Assembly (NCBI GenBank): GCA_964187785.1
Contig: OZ076414.1
Location: 39,990,001 to 40,054,000 of the forward strand
Direction of reading: 5' to 3'
Length of the DNA: 64,000 nt
From: Amphiscolops sp. MND2022
Lineage: Eukaryota
Of the stretch, positions 37,335 through 49,206 are shown in pieces. The first letter of the stretch is position 1. The number at the start of each line of letters is the position of its first letter. Below the pieces are notes generated by a model. The model was given only the letters and a program-made list of their open reading frames with translations, made no database searches and was not told where the DNA came from. Made by a program: the position numbers and the translations under genes.

Positions 37335-39269
37335 TTAAGAGTAGAGACCTTTTATTCTTTTTGTTTTCGGTTTGGAGGTGGTTGCCTCCGTGTTGATTGT
37401 GGGTTGTGTCGGGTCCACGGCTTCAATCGTGGTCCTGCCGGTGAGATGTTCATGTAAGAGGCAGTGGGATGCCACCTTCATTGTTGGAGACCGTATGGTT
37501 CCGGCTCTGATGGGGTTTAATGGTTGATCTTTCGATGGTGATTCTGGAGCCGTGGTATTGGATCCATGGTTTTTGAGTATGGATTTGGCCTTGTTGTTCA
37601 TATTATCGACTAGTGTTTCTGTCACTCGTTCCGTGTCCTTGTCGCAGTCTGGGACAGGTTGGACTGTTTTTGGTCTGCGACGTGGTTTCGTTGAGATGTT
37701 CATTCCGGTTTTCTTGATGTACTCCTCGGTTGGCGTGCACTCTCGCTGTTTGAAGGTTAATGTCACTTTGTCGTAGATTTGGGGATTGTGGCAGGGGTCA
37801 CAGTTGAAGTAGGGGTCGTGAATGTAGGTTTCGGGAGAGGTACTTTCTGGTAAGGGTCGTTTTGGAGTAGTATAGTCGGTCGTCGGATTGTCAAGGTACC
37901 ATTGCGGGCAGTCGTTTTTGGTCGTTGTTTGGCGGTTGTATTTGTGGAGCTTGTGAATTTGCCATCTTCGCTGCCAGTCGAGAGATCGTTGTTCACGGCG
38001 CTCTTTATGTTCATTACGTGATCGTATGTGTTTGGGGGTTCAGATGTTGTGAGATGTCGCATTTCGACAATTTCCCCAAACTGAAGATGTGACAAAGCTA
38101 GTTTTTTGGATGAGTTTGATCTTGGGGTTGGATTTGGGTTTGAGCTGCCATTTGGACAGGGGGTAGATAGCACATTTGGCCGGTTGCCTGGTGGTGGTAT
38201 TGAGGTTGGGTCGCTTGTAAGTTATCTTTTACGAACTGACCTTGTGGTTGTGGTGGTATCGGATTGTTGTTTGGGGACGTAGTCTTGGGGCTTTCCACCA
38301 CTGTGGTCTATTTGCCCAATCGGCACCCGAGTAGCAGTCTTGTGTTGTGTGGTTCGACAATTTTGTTGGGTACTCTGTTGCCTCTATTGCGAGCTTTGCG
38401 GGCTATTTTCTGGCAATTCTTGACAACGTGGCCAGTTTGTCCGCATCCATAACATGGGCCTGACAGTTTGGGAGGATTTGGGGCTTGTTGCTCACATTTG
38501 CAGCGGCTGTTGCGATGGAATGGGGTCGTACATATCGACGTCGGAATGTTGCAATGATGTCTTCCAGGCTGGCACGGTTTCTGTTGGTCATATTGCGGTA
38601 GGTTTGAAGCGCATCGTCCCTGAGTAGGGAATGGAAGTAATGAATTTGTTCTTCCTCAGAGATGCTAGGGTATACATTGAGGCTTGTCATGAAGAGGTCG
38701 TCGAAATGCTCGAATTTGTCATTCCGTCTGTTGAATGTAGGCATAGTTGTTGACAATGCCTTCGGCAATCTGGGAAGTCCGATGTTCTCTTGGGTAACAT
38801 TTTGGAGTGATTCAAGCAGTTTGTCGACTATGTGGTGCGGATATTTCTGGTTGGGAGGCTGCAGGCTCGATGACCGGGGCGGTATTTCTGTTTGGGGGAA
38901 TACTCCTGTCACCATGTGTTGACCCTCTAATGGGGGCAACTCGTTTATCACAGTTGACCTGGATGTTGAAGCTTGATTTTCAATATCTACATGATCTACT
39001 TCTGAATTTTCGGTCCTGGGCGTTTGACCGGACAATGGATTGATTTTTGAGGATAGATTTTCAATCATCTTGAGGATCCCTCTTTGGCCAATCTCGGTAT
39101 CTTTTATCCTTTTAATGACGGATTTTTCAATCTTTTCTGATATTTCACAGAAGTCTCGGTCAGAAAAGCTAAGCACGTTTTCAGTCCTTTGACTAGCGGT
39201 CTCAGGTTCATTTAGTGAACTAGATACAGAATCTCTTCTTGCTTTTCTTTTAGATGATCTCTCAGACAT
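37335..39269 (-). pseudogene. gag: Gypsy gag, starting inside the 5' LTR
   Basis: ORF 38403-39269 (MSERSSKRK...LPKALSTTMPTF..KFEHFDDLF..IHYFHSLLRDDALQTY), continuing in fragments to 37335. Confidence 0.85.
38903..38914 (-). promoter_or_regulatory. Primer-binding site TGGTGACAGGAG (first 7 nt match the tRNA-Trp 3' end)
   Basis: Directly follows LTR terminal CA. Marks where the 26370 and 38915 copies stop matching. Confidence 0.65.
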
Positions 39270-40575
39270 TTTGGTTTGGGATTTTCCAGAAAGTTCAAGA
39301 TTATTCGACGAAAATGAAGACAGTTGAGAGTTTTGATATTTATTGATTATCGAAGAACGAAGAAAACAAAATTGTTTTACAAGTAGGATTACAATTTTTC
39401 AACTCAATTTATTTCAAAATTTCCAGGTACATATATTGTCCGCACACGTGAAGCGGGAAAAGTCCGCGATACTTTCACACCTCGTTCAGCCCGGCGTCGT
39501 TCCAAGGCGAAGAAAAAGAGAATTCAATTCCGCTTTGTCGAACTCAGACTCTCATTTTGTTCATGCTTTTCGGGGAAAGCAAGCGTCCACTTCCTGTCTG
39601 AGTTGCGACTCCGCTTCCCTTCGCCTCCAATTCCCGCCTCTTCGGAACGCCGAAGCTGAAAAAAATGTCAAAAGTGAATCACTGCACGCACCCAAAGGGC
39701 GAACTAATGAAACAAAGCAACAATGAAATTGAGAAATTTCTCATATATATCCAATTAATTTAATCACTGCATAAACTGATGATCAATCCAGTTATGTTGA
39801 TGGACCAACAAACAGAACTATAATTTCACTCACAACACGTTAGCAGCATTGATTGAGAGAGGGAGATGAAAATCTTGGACCTGGGCTGCGGTCCAGGACG
39901 ATTAGGAAAATAATAACTTCTCATAGTAAAAAAGCTGAAATAGCAACACCTGAAATTTTACATGAAGCAAATTGTCTATGGGGCCTTGTTCGGGGTACTG
40001 ATTAATCCAATTGAACGAAAAATTGACTTGAAAAAGGTAGCACAAATCATTTATAGTACTTAAATTGCGCGGATTGAAAATTCAGTTTCAGGCCAAGGTC
40101 TGTGCCGTGATTTCATATATTTATCAACTATACTTAGTTTAGCTGAATAAATAGCATCGTACTTTTCTTTCAACTGTCAAACAATATTTTTAATCACTGT
40201 TATTAGTTGTTAGGCTCATTGGGAGGGAAAGTTACCAATAACATCAACATTTTCCATTTCGACAATGGATTTCATAAACTTTCCATTTCATGCCGCGTCC
40301 TAGGCCACGGTACATTGGTATTTTCAAATTTAGCACTCGTGTTCAATTATTTGCACAATTGCATGTATAGCGCTTTGTCAGTCATCTTTCCAACACTAAA
40401 ACTTTTACATATATTCGTTTTCAACTCGTTCGCATATTGGATTAAAGCGTGCCGTGCTTTCAGTTCTTAGGCCGCTTGCCAGGCCGACGCCTCACAGCTC
40501 GAATTTGAGGCCGGCTGCCAGCAGTTCCGCCATTAATTTCTCAGGCCGCCTGCCGCCTCGGTATTGGTTGGTACA
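38915..40575 (-). repeat. Gypsy 5' LTR (proposed)
   Basis: Direct repeat of 26370-28030. Confidence 0.7.
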
Positions 40576-41186
40576 CCTTCTATATATGTATTCTCCCATT
40601 TTCCTCCGTCGTCGACTGCGCTTGTTTCGTGGCAATTCTCACAGCTCAGCTGGGGATGTGACAGTCCTCGGCTTCTTTGCGCTGTCTCTTCTGGGAGAAG
40701 GAATTGGGAGACTAAGCGGATTGGTGTCTCCAATAGCGTTGGTAGGTCGTCTCTCATTGAATCGTATGACCTCCAGGAGGAATCTGTGTCCCAATTGCTG
40801 CCAGAGTAATATCCCTCCGAGCTGCTGTAAAAACTGATGGGACCATGGAAGCCATCTTCAGGAATGGCCGGATTTCCTTGGTCAAACTGTTTGACTGGGC
40901 TGATGAAGGCATCATCAGGATTTACCGGATTGTCCTGGGTGAATCGTCTTATGACTCTGTTTTCGTTCTCCGCGTTTGTAGTGTCGGGTGGCGTTTCTTC
41001 ATGAACTAAGACCACGTGTTGGTCTTGCGTCTTGTTAATCTCGTAAGTAATATTAATCCGCGGTGGAATAAATATATTGTATTTATGTGGTGGTGTACTG
41101 GGCCTTTGGCTTGGCTGTGCTGGCAGGTCTCAGTCGAGAATAAAAACATCGTCGTTTGTTTGATCATTCATAATTGTATTCTCCAT
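40533..41186 (-). CDS. Small acidic accessory ORF (copy C), in-frame TGA at 41130-41132
   Basis: ATG 41186, same frame as listed 40533-41015 ORF. Confidence 0.55.
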
Positions 41187-41413
41187 TGAATTGCAATAGC
41201 GAGTTGGATACTAGTCAATTTTCAGTACAACTGACTTCTGTCGCTTTAGGAAATTTGTTTCACCGTTTGTGTTAAGCTGTGAATTGTTCAGCTGGCAGAC
41301 TGAACAACTCTCCTTATATAGTAGATAACTTCTAATATTATTATTTCCCTTGGTTTTACGCCACATCTTCATTGTGTTATCATTTTTAGTACTTTTTCAG
41401 AAAGTTTTGAGAC

Positions 41414-42661
41414 ATGAGCTCCACCGAAGAGGATAATTCCTGGTTGTGTCAATGTCAGGAGATCGGCTTGAAGGAGAGTGAGGCTGAGGTAGAGTCAGTC
41501 GTCGAGTCAGTGATCCGTGGAGAGGAGAGAGTGGATGGTAGTGGTGACACGGATGAGAGTAATGAGGCGAGTGTTGCTGGTAGTCAAGACGGAGAGGCTG
41601 TTGCAGGCGTAGTGGCCGAGACGACAGGACGTGGATTTGGTGAAAACGATGCCACAGAAGATGAAGTTGTTGAAGCGGATGTTGAGAGCTGCCCTGAGAG
41701 TGGGTCCTACCGTTCTGCCACAAGCGATGGTCGTCATGACATAGATTACGTGGCGAACAAGAAAGGTAAGCTTTCCTAGAACTTAAATGGGTGGCCGGCT
41801 TTTTCTAGTTTTGTTTGAACGCGTTCTTTTTACATCGACTTTCCGCAGTTACTGATGATGATGAGCTTGATGAAAATTTTTGTCCAAGCGCCAATACAAA
41901 GTCGCAGCACAAGAAGAAGAAGAAGAAGTGTCGCCCCAGTCGGATGCTTTCAACGAGCAGTGTCCGGTCAGCTAAGCGTGTGCGATTGGCTGATGTTGTT
42001 GCAGGGGTCATTCCGAAGCCTCCCACCTCGATGGACCGCTCTGGCGAGGATTATGATCCGCTGACTATTTCTGCTTCTAGAACTCTTGAAAGTAGGTATT
42101 CCTTCATCCTGTTTTCCTGTTTGTCTGCTGCATCAAAGATCTGGTTATTGATTGAAGATGTTCTGTTTTAGAATATGACGAGCTGTCTCGGTTATTGAAA
42201 CAGAAAGTGATTGATGCCAGTGATCCTGGGCGTGTTCTGGACCCTGTCGAACTCAAAAACGAGCGGCTTTTGGCTCGAGACGAGGAACGCGCAAAGAAAC
42301 AGACTGAGAGGCATAAACTAAAACCACGACCAACCACATGATACCAAGGCTACTTGTCAGTCGTCGGAATGATAAAAGCCCGAACGGCTTGAATTACTCT
42401 GTGTGCCGGAAGGATGTGTCCTTCCTGTCCCGTGGGCCCCGAGGCATTTGGATGCACTTTAAGTGCAGAAGCGATTACGCAAAGGATCGGTGTTACCGGT
42501 TCGAGCACGAGGACTTCATCTATACTGAGAAGTTCGATGCCATCCCTGTCAGTGAAGTGTCATTGGAATTGCGAGCTGAGATCGAGAAGACGCCACCAGT
42601 CACTCTGATTAAAATGAACAACTTTGTTGAGGACGAGGTGGATGCATTGGTTGGCGTCCCG
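41414..42661 (+). pseudogene. Second copy of the antisense intron-containing gene, cut by the gap
   Basis: Canonical introns 41766-41848 (GTAAGC..CCGCAG) and 42092-42171 (GTAGGT..TTTTAG). Confidence 0.78.
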
Positions 42662-42861
42662 NNNNNNNNNNNNNNNNNNNNNNNNNNNNNNNNNNNNNNN
42701 NNNNNNNNNNNNNNNNNNNNNNNNNNNNNNNNNNNNNNNNNNNNNNNNNNNNNNNNNNNNNNNNNNNNNNNNNNNNNNNNNNNNNNNNNNNNNNNNNNNN
42801 NNNNNNNNNNNNNNNNNNNNNNNNNNNNNNNNNNNNNNNNNNNNNNNNNNNNNNNNNNNNN
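42662..42861. other. Assembly gap (200 N)
   Basis: Run of N of fixed size. Confidence 0.99.
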
Positions 42862-44118
42862 TAACATAATTTGAATCAATGCACTAATTGTTGATGACTG
42901 AATCTTTTAGTCGTTATTGAGGATCAACGCACTATACATTGAAGGTTACAACTAATAAAAGAAAAAATGATCCGATGGTTACTGCTGATAAATGGAAAAT
43001 GGAAAACGATTCTCATGGATACTAATCGATGCACTATTTAATCATGTAGCATAATTTAGACTGCAAGCAAAATTTTAGACAAAATGACGACTGGATAAGC
43101 CGGTCGTTCTTTCGTTAAAAATAGTTTGTGAATTGCCAGTTTGTGTTGAACCGCAATTAGAGTCTTTGACGGCTGGGTTATATCGCCGTTAAACTCATCA
43201 TGCCGTGAGGCATGACACTTCACATCTCTTAAAAGAAAAGTGAAGTATCGGTGAGGAAACTCTAGGATGAGTACTTCAGATATAGCTGAGTTGGTGTGAG
43301 CTGTGGATGGATCGGTTGTGACGACTTGAGGGTGCAGTTGTTAAGTATCCTTGTATTGTGTAGTAGTCAGTTGTGATTCGTTGGTTGGCTAGTTGTCGTT
43401 GGCAATTTCTTGTGATAAACAAAAATAATTGGAGAGTATCAGCAGGGGAACGACTAGCGGTAACAGTCGTGAGCGTCGTTGTTTTTCTTCAGGTCAGAAA
43501 TAAGTAACAATTCTGCAAGCAACGGAAAGGAAAGAGTGAATTGTGACGTCACTAAACAGTTTGTAGGGAATGATGGGAAAGTAGGGAATGATGATTTTAC
43601 TAAGTTGGAAGTAATGTGATAATTTTTATGCCATATTTAAGTTATATCGACTGAATATCACGGTAGCTAAAGGTCAACTGGTTGCTTTCTATTTCGTAAT
43701 AGCACCTTCAATATCTTCAGTCATGCGTAGGTGACGCTTAATTGAGTGCATCTACCTATTTGATATTACTGCTTAAATCAGCAATTATAACTTCAAGGTG
43801 CGTTAGACGACTGGTTACTTCAGTCGTTGTAAATCTTCATCACTGCACTTTCGCACCTGTTACCACATTACTAACTTTTCCACGCTTTAGTTCCGACCAA
43901 TTTACGATTTAAAGTTAAGGTGGTAATTATGGCTGTAAAACTTTAACATAATTTGAATCAATGCACTAATTGTTGATGATGACTGAATCTTTTAGTCGTT
44001 ATTGTGGATCAACGCACTATACATTGAAGGTTACAACTAAAAAAAGAAAAAATGATTCGATGGTTACTGCTGATAAATGGAAAATGATTCTCATGGATAC
44101 TAATCGATGCACTATTTA

Positions 44119-45702
44119 TTCATGTAATTATTATTGAACAGCAACAAAACTTTTGAATTGTTTATTTTTTACAAACTCCACTGATCTGTAATTGATTGTT
44201 CAAATAGTTGCTATAAGTCAATTTTGTTCAATTTCGCTAATTTATCATTTTCGCGCTTCTTTATTTAGAGATTTTAAACCTTAGCTTTACTGAAGATTCT
44301 AAAAAGTGATGACTGCCGTCAACCATCTCCAAGAAGAAAGTTAGAATCTTCCATGCAAATCATTTCCATCCATAATCTAGTCATTGACATTTCCTACGAC
44401 CTGAGTACGATACGATGGTTGAAATACTTTGGTTGCTCGTACCCGAAGGGCAAAAAGGACATAAGTATCCACACCCGATCAATTTCAGCCATGAAAAGCA
44501 TCAAGAAGTGCTAGTCACAAATGTTTAGGGGTAGGAGGTATATAGCACTATACACTAAAACTAACCTTTTTGGAGTACTGGACGCACTAAGAACCGAGCA
44601 AGTAGAAATTAGACTGCATGCAAAGTTTTAGGCAAAATGACGGCTGGATAAGCCGGTCGTTCGTTTCGTTAAAAATAGTTTGTGAATTGCCAGTTTGTGT
44701 TGAACCGTGATAAGAGGCTTTGACGACTGCGGCATGACAATTGGTGTATTATGAAGAGTTGAACTCATCGATGATACAAAAATGTTTATGGATATCCATT
44801 TATGATTCCGGATCAAGTCCATAGCATGGCGAGCAATGAATCATGGTTAAATCAGGGATAGAATTGGATGGCCGGACAACCTGGGTGCTCGTTGAAATCA
44901 CAGAGTAATGTGACAAATTTTGTGTTCACGGTCTGGATCTCTGCAACCACTGTGGTCTTGCGATATTCTACAATATTGTTTAGTCTAGCCTTTCGACTCG
45001 CGAGCTGCTCTGCTTTTTAACCGCTTTTTTTAAGTTTGTACGGAAATATCTGATGTAACCATAGATTTTGAAAAAGATAGTTCAGTCACAAGAAACAACT
45101 AGCGTAAACAAATTGTTCCCATTCTGCTAACTTTCCAACTATCTATCACTCATCAAAACAAAGTGTTGAACGTTCCTAGTTTCTATATCTATGCAGCAAA
45201 AAAGCCTCAATAACTAGGACACACCTTTCACTTACATGCGTCCAGTACTCCAAAGTGTTTAGTTTTAGTGTATAGTGCTATATCCTCTTACCCCTAAACA
45301 TTTGTGACTAACACTTCTTGATGCCTTTCATGGCTGAAATTGATCGGGTGTGGATACTAATGTCCTTTTTGCCCTTCGGGTACGAGCAACCAAAAGCATT
45401 TCAACCATCGTATCGTACTCAGGTCATAGGAAATGTCAATGACTAGATTATGGATGGAAATGATTTGCATGGAAGATTCTAATTCTCTCCTTGGAGATGG
45501 TTGACGGCAGTCATCACTTTTTAGAATCTTCAGTAAAGCTAAGGTTTAAAATCTCTAAATGAAGAAGCGCGAAAATGAAAATTAGCGAAATTGAACAAAA
45601 TCGACTTATAGCAACTATTTGAACAATCAATTACAGATCAGTGGAGTTTGTAAAAGATAAACAATTCAAGAGTTTTGTTGCTGTTCAATAACAATTCATG
45701 AA
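44119..45702. repeat. ~465-bp inverted repeat (arms 44119-44586 and 45237-45702)
   Basis: The arms are reverse complements by eye with few mismatches. The right arm ends at the ATG of the protease homologue. Confidence 0.88.
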
Positions 45703-46544
45703 GGCAGCTTTTGATTTTGGCAATAATGCATTTCATAATTAGTTTTGGCATTGTGTTCGAAAGTGACCTTTGGGATTATTGGAGGCCACCAGCACCAGAC
45801 TACCCTTTCTTCGTAGTGGTTAACAGAGGGTTTCACCAGTGCGGTGGTACTCTTGTAAGGCTAGATGGAGTTTTAACTGCTGCCCATTGTCTTTACTTTG
45901 GAGCTGAGAACCGATGGGCTTCTCCTCTCGAAGTTTACATACTTCACGGAGATTTCTCCAGTCCCAACAATTGGCGAGTGAGGTATCATTCTTGCGAACG
46001 ATATTGGGTTCACTTCATGTATGAGGCTTCCAGAAAAAAAGGACCACGAAGTCCTTTTGATGCTGCAATAATCAAACTTGACGATCAAGTGCGCAGACAA
46101 AGTTCCTCGCAACAAGCAATTCTTCCGTTTTGCCGTAAAGAGGGCCATAAGTGGAAGAAAGGCAGACTTGGCTATGCCATTGGTTTAGGTATTACTAGTT
46201 TCAATCCAATATCACGAGCTGAGAGACTGATGGAAACAACGTTGCGGATGATTGAATGCCAAAGCCTTGACTTTATGAAGCAAGGAGAAAATTTTAGGGA
46301 AAGACGTTGTTATCGCTTTCAGAAAGAATCGTCACTGAGTGACGGTGACTTTGGTGGACCGATGGTTTTCAAGAAGAGAGGTATAGCGGTTTGTCTAATG
46401 GGTTCTTCCAGCTTCACATCTTATTGTCATAATGGAGACTTTTCTGCAACTATCTTTACCCCAGCAGGAGACTTGTGGCATTGGCTAAGCAATGTATACA
46501 GATATAATTTCACTGAAGACTCTCGCGCAGCCGAAATTTCGTAA
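45698..46544 (+). CDS. Intronless trypsin-fold serine protease homologue, catalytic Ser->Phe; indel(s) in the leader/IIGG region
   Basis: CGGTLV, TAAHC, PFDAAIIKL, SDGDFGGPM. One base is missing after ATTATTGGAGGCC relative to the paralog at 20.3 kb. Confidence 0.85.
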
Positions 46545-47364
46545 AAAAGAATACCGAACTGTTCTAATACTTTATCCAGGAACAACAATTGTATGAAGCT
46601 GAAAAACGATCCTAGTTTGGCCCCATTTTAAACTCTCATCCAATGATTTTTGGAATATGTATTTGAAGGCAAGCGAGGGGTTACATTGTCGCGAAATTAC
46701 TATTAAATGAGCGGAAGGTAGTTGCCACAAACTTTTTACAACCTTTTTGGGGCCATCTTATCAATTGCATGACTTTGAATACAAGGTATGAGCATTGTAT
46801 AAACATAAAGCTTCTTGATGAAAATTTTCCGAGTCTATTCTGAGCCAACTCGTCAAATAGCAGATGTAGAACAGAATAACGATCCGAATTGATGCTCAGA
46901 AACTAACCAGGAACTTCACCATACACAGCCGTATTATTTAAAGATTGTTTCAACAAGCTGCCCTGACTAACTGTTGAAAAAAGTTTCAATTATCATACAG
47001 TCACGCTGAAGTATTTCTATCAATTTTTTAACTTCCTAAACAGTCATTGGTAAATGATCCGACAATTTGAAGAAAATTGAAAAGTGAAAGAAACTTCATT
47101 CTATGAAGCTAGCTATCCGTTTTTGACGCAAGTCAGTAAACAGTACCCAGTAACTCTATCGTAGCAACAGCATTTATGCAGTACCCTCATAAAGTTAATG
47201 CCTTACACGTCACTATGGCGTAAGCAGAACAACGCCTTTGGATATTTGCCCTGAACTCATTATCCTAGAAACCGTTAAAACGTTAAAACCTTTCTTTTTT
47301 CACAGTCAGGTGATTTCATTTTATGGTATATTGATAATGATCTTTGGATCATTTGAGCAATATA

Positions 47365-48499
47365 TAGATCGTTTCAAAAAGTTCGGGAGACTAGGTACTA
47401 GTCATTTAATTAGCGATGCTGAATCACTTCAATTTCGGCAACCATGCGAAGCAAACGCGCATCTGAAGACCTTGCAAAATCAATATACCGTTTTGAAGAT
47501 GCAATCATGGATTATGCAAACTCAGCAATTGCTCGGATTTTATCGATTTCCGAGTCAACACATAGAGGAATCCTGAAGCGACGTATTAGGCGGTCTGACA
47601 GACAAAAATAGTCAAATTGGGTCGAAAAACTGTACTCACAAGAAGAATCAAGAGTCAGCTTCTGGGCCGCGTTAATCGAAACCCAAAATTCCGGCTTTCT
47701 GACCTTCTGCTTACAGCCAGACGACTTGTCTCCAAAGCCACGTCACACTGGTTTCTGCAAAATCGCGGTGTTTGGAATCGTGTTGCTGTACAAGACGTTC
47801 TTACGAATGCTCAAAAAGATAGACGAGTTAACTGGTGCCGTCGACATTTATTTGTTGACTTCACAAATACTAATTTTCAGCGACGAAACTGTTATTTCCC
47901 TTCGACCTGGTAAGAAATTCGGAAGCATTTACGTTTACAGAAAAGCTGCTCAAAAATTTTTACCCCGATTCCTTACCAGCACACCCCAAGAATTACAGCG
48001 AGGATCCGACACAATATGGGGCTGCATGTCGTATTGCGGTTTCGGTTGCTTGGAAACGTTTATTGGTACCATGGATAGCCAACATTATGTGGAGGATACA
48101 TTGGAAAACTATTTGAGACCGAGTATTGACTTGTTGTACCCCTTTGGAGACAGTATTTTCCAACAAGACAATGCCCCACCTCACAGTGCAAGAATCACGA
48201 AGCAATGGCTTGCGAACTACGGTATTAATGTTCTGGATTGGCCACCATATGCTCCAGATTTGAACCCTATCGAACACGTGTGGGGACATTCGAAGGAAAA
48301 ACTTTATACTTCGATGCCTTCAACGACACAAAAAGTTATGAACACTTTTTTGAGCCTATGGAACGAACTTCGAACTCAATATGCTGAAACTTCAGTTTTT
48401 TCAAATTATAGTCGAATGGATAATGTAATTCAGACTAATGGATTACGTCATTGGAAAATTAATTAGTTCTAGTCTCACGAACTTTATGAAACGGGTCTA
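47365..48499 (+). mobile_element. Tc1-family DNA transposon (DD34E), frameshifted transposase 47444-48466
   Basis: SDET..FQQDNAPPH..WPPYAPDLNPIE with 34 residues between D and E. TIRs TAGATCGTTTCAAAAAGTTCGGGAGACTAG / CTAGTCTCACGAACTTTATGAAACGGGTCTA. TA flanks. Confidence 0.93.
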
Positions 48500-48622
48500 T
48501 ACCTGCCAGAATTCATTGTCGCGGCGACACAGCCGCTCATTGCAGAAAGTTGCCTTGCATAAACTAAAACCATTTAATAGCGCAATTGTTTCACATTAAT
48601 GCTGTTTCACTTTAATTGTTTC

Positions 48623-49066
48623 ACGTTTATTGGTACCATGGATAGCCAACATTATGTGGAGGATACATTGGAAAACTATTTGAGACCGCGTATTGACTTG
48701 TTGTACCACCTTTGGAGACTGTATTTTCCAACAAGACAATTCCCCACCTCACAGTGCAAGAATCACGAAGCAATGGCTTGCGAACTACGGTATTAAGGTT
48801 CTGGATTGGTCCCCATATTCTCCAGATTTAAAACCTATCGAACATGTGTAGGGACATTTGGAGGAAAAACTTTATACTTCGATGCCCTCAACGCCACAAA
48901 AAGTTATGAACACTTTTTTGAGCCTATGGAACGAACTACGAACTCAATATGCTGAAATTTCAGTTTTTTCAATCTATAGTCGAATGGATAATGTTATTCA
49001 GACTAATGGATTACGTCATTAAAAAATTAATTAGTTCTAGTCTCGCGAATTTTTTGAAACGGTCTA
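48623..49066 (+). repeat. Duplicate of the 3' half and right TIR of the Tc1 element
   Basis: Aligns with ~48057-48499 and ends ...GAAACGGTCTA-TA. Confidence 0.9.
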
Positions 49067-49206
49067 TACAAATCTGACAAATGCCGTGAACTATCAAGTT
49101 TCAAAGCCACGCACAGCATAAGAAAAACTCCGTGTACCGGTGTTCTGATTTGATTCTATGATTCTACGACGTAACAGTCATGTGTATATATGCAAATATT
49201 ATAATT

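Larger units (their letters stand above)
26370..40575 (-). mobile_element. Ty3/Gypsy LTR retrotransposon with extra genes (~14.2 kb)
   Basis: Domain order PR-RT-RH-IN. PBS TGGTGAC right after ...CAACACA at 38915. Direct repeats start at 26370 and 38915. LTR 5' start proposed at AGAAGG|TGTACC (28030, 40575). Confidence 0.88.
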
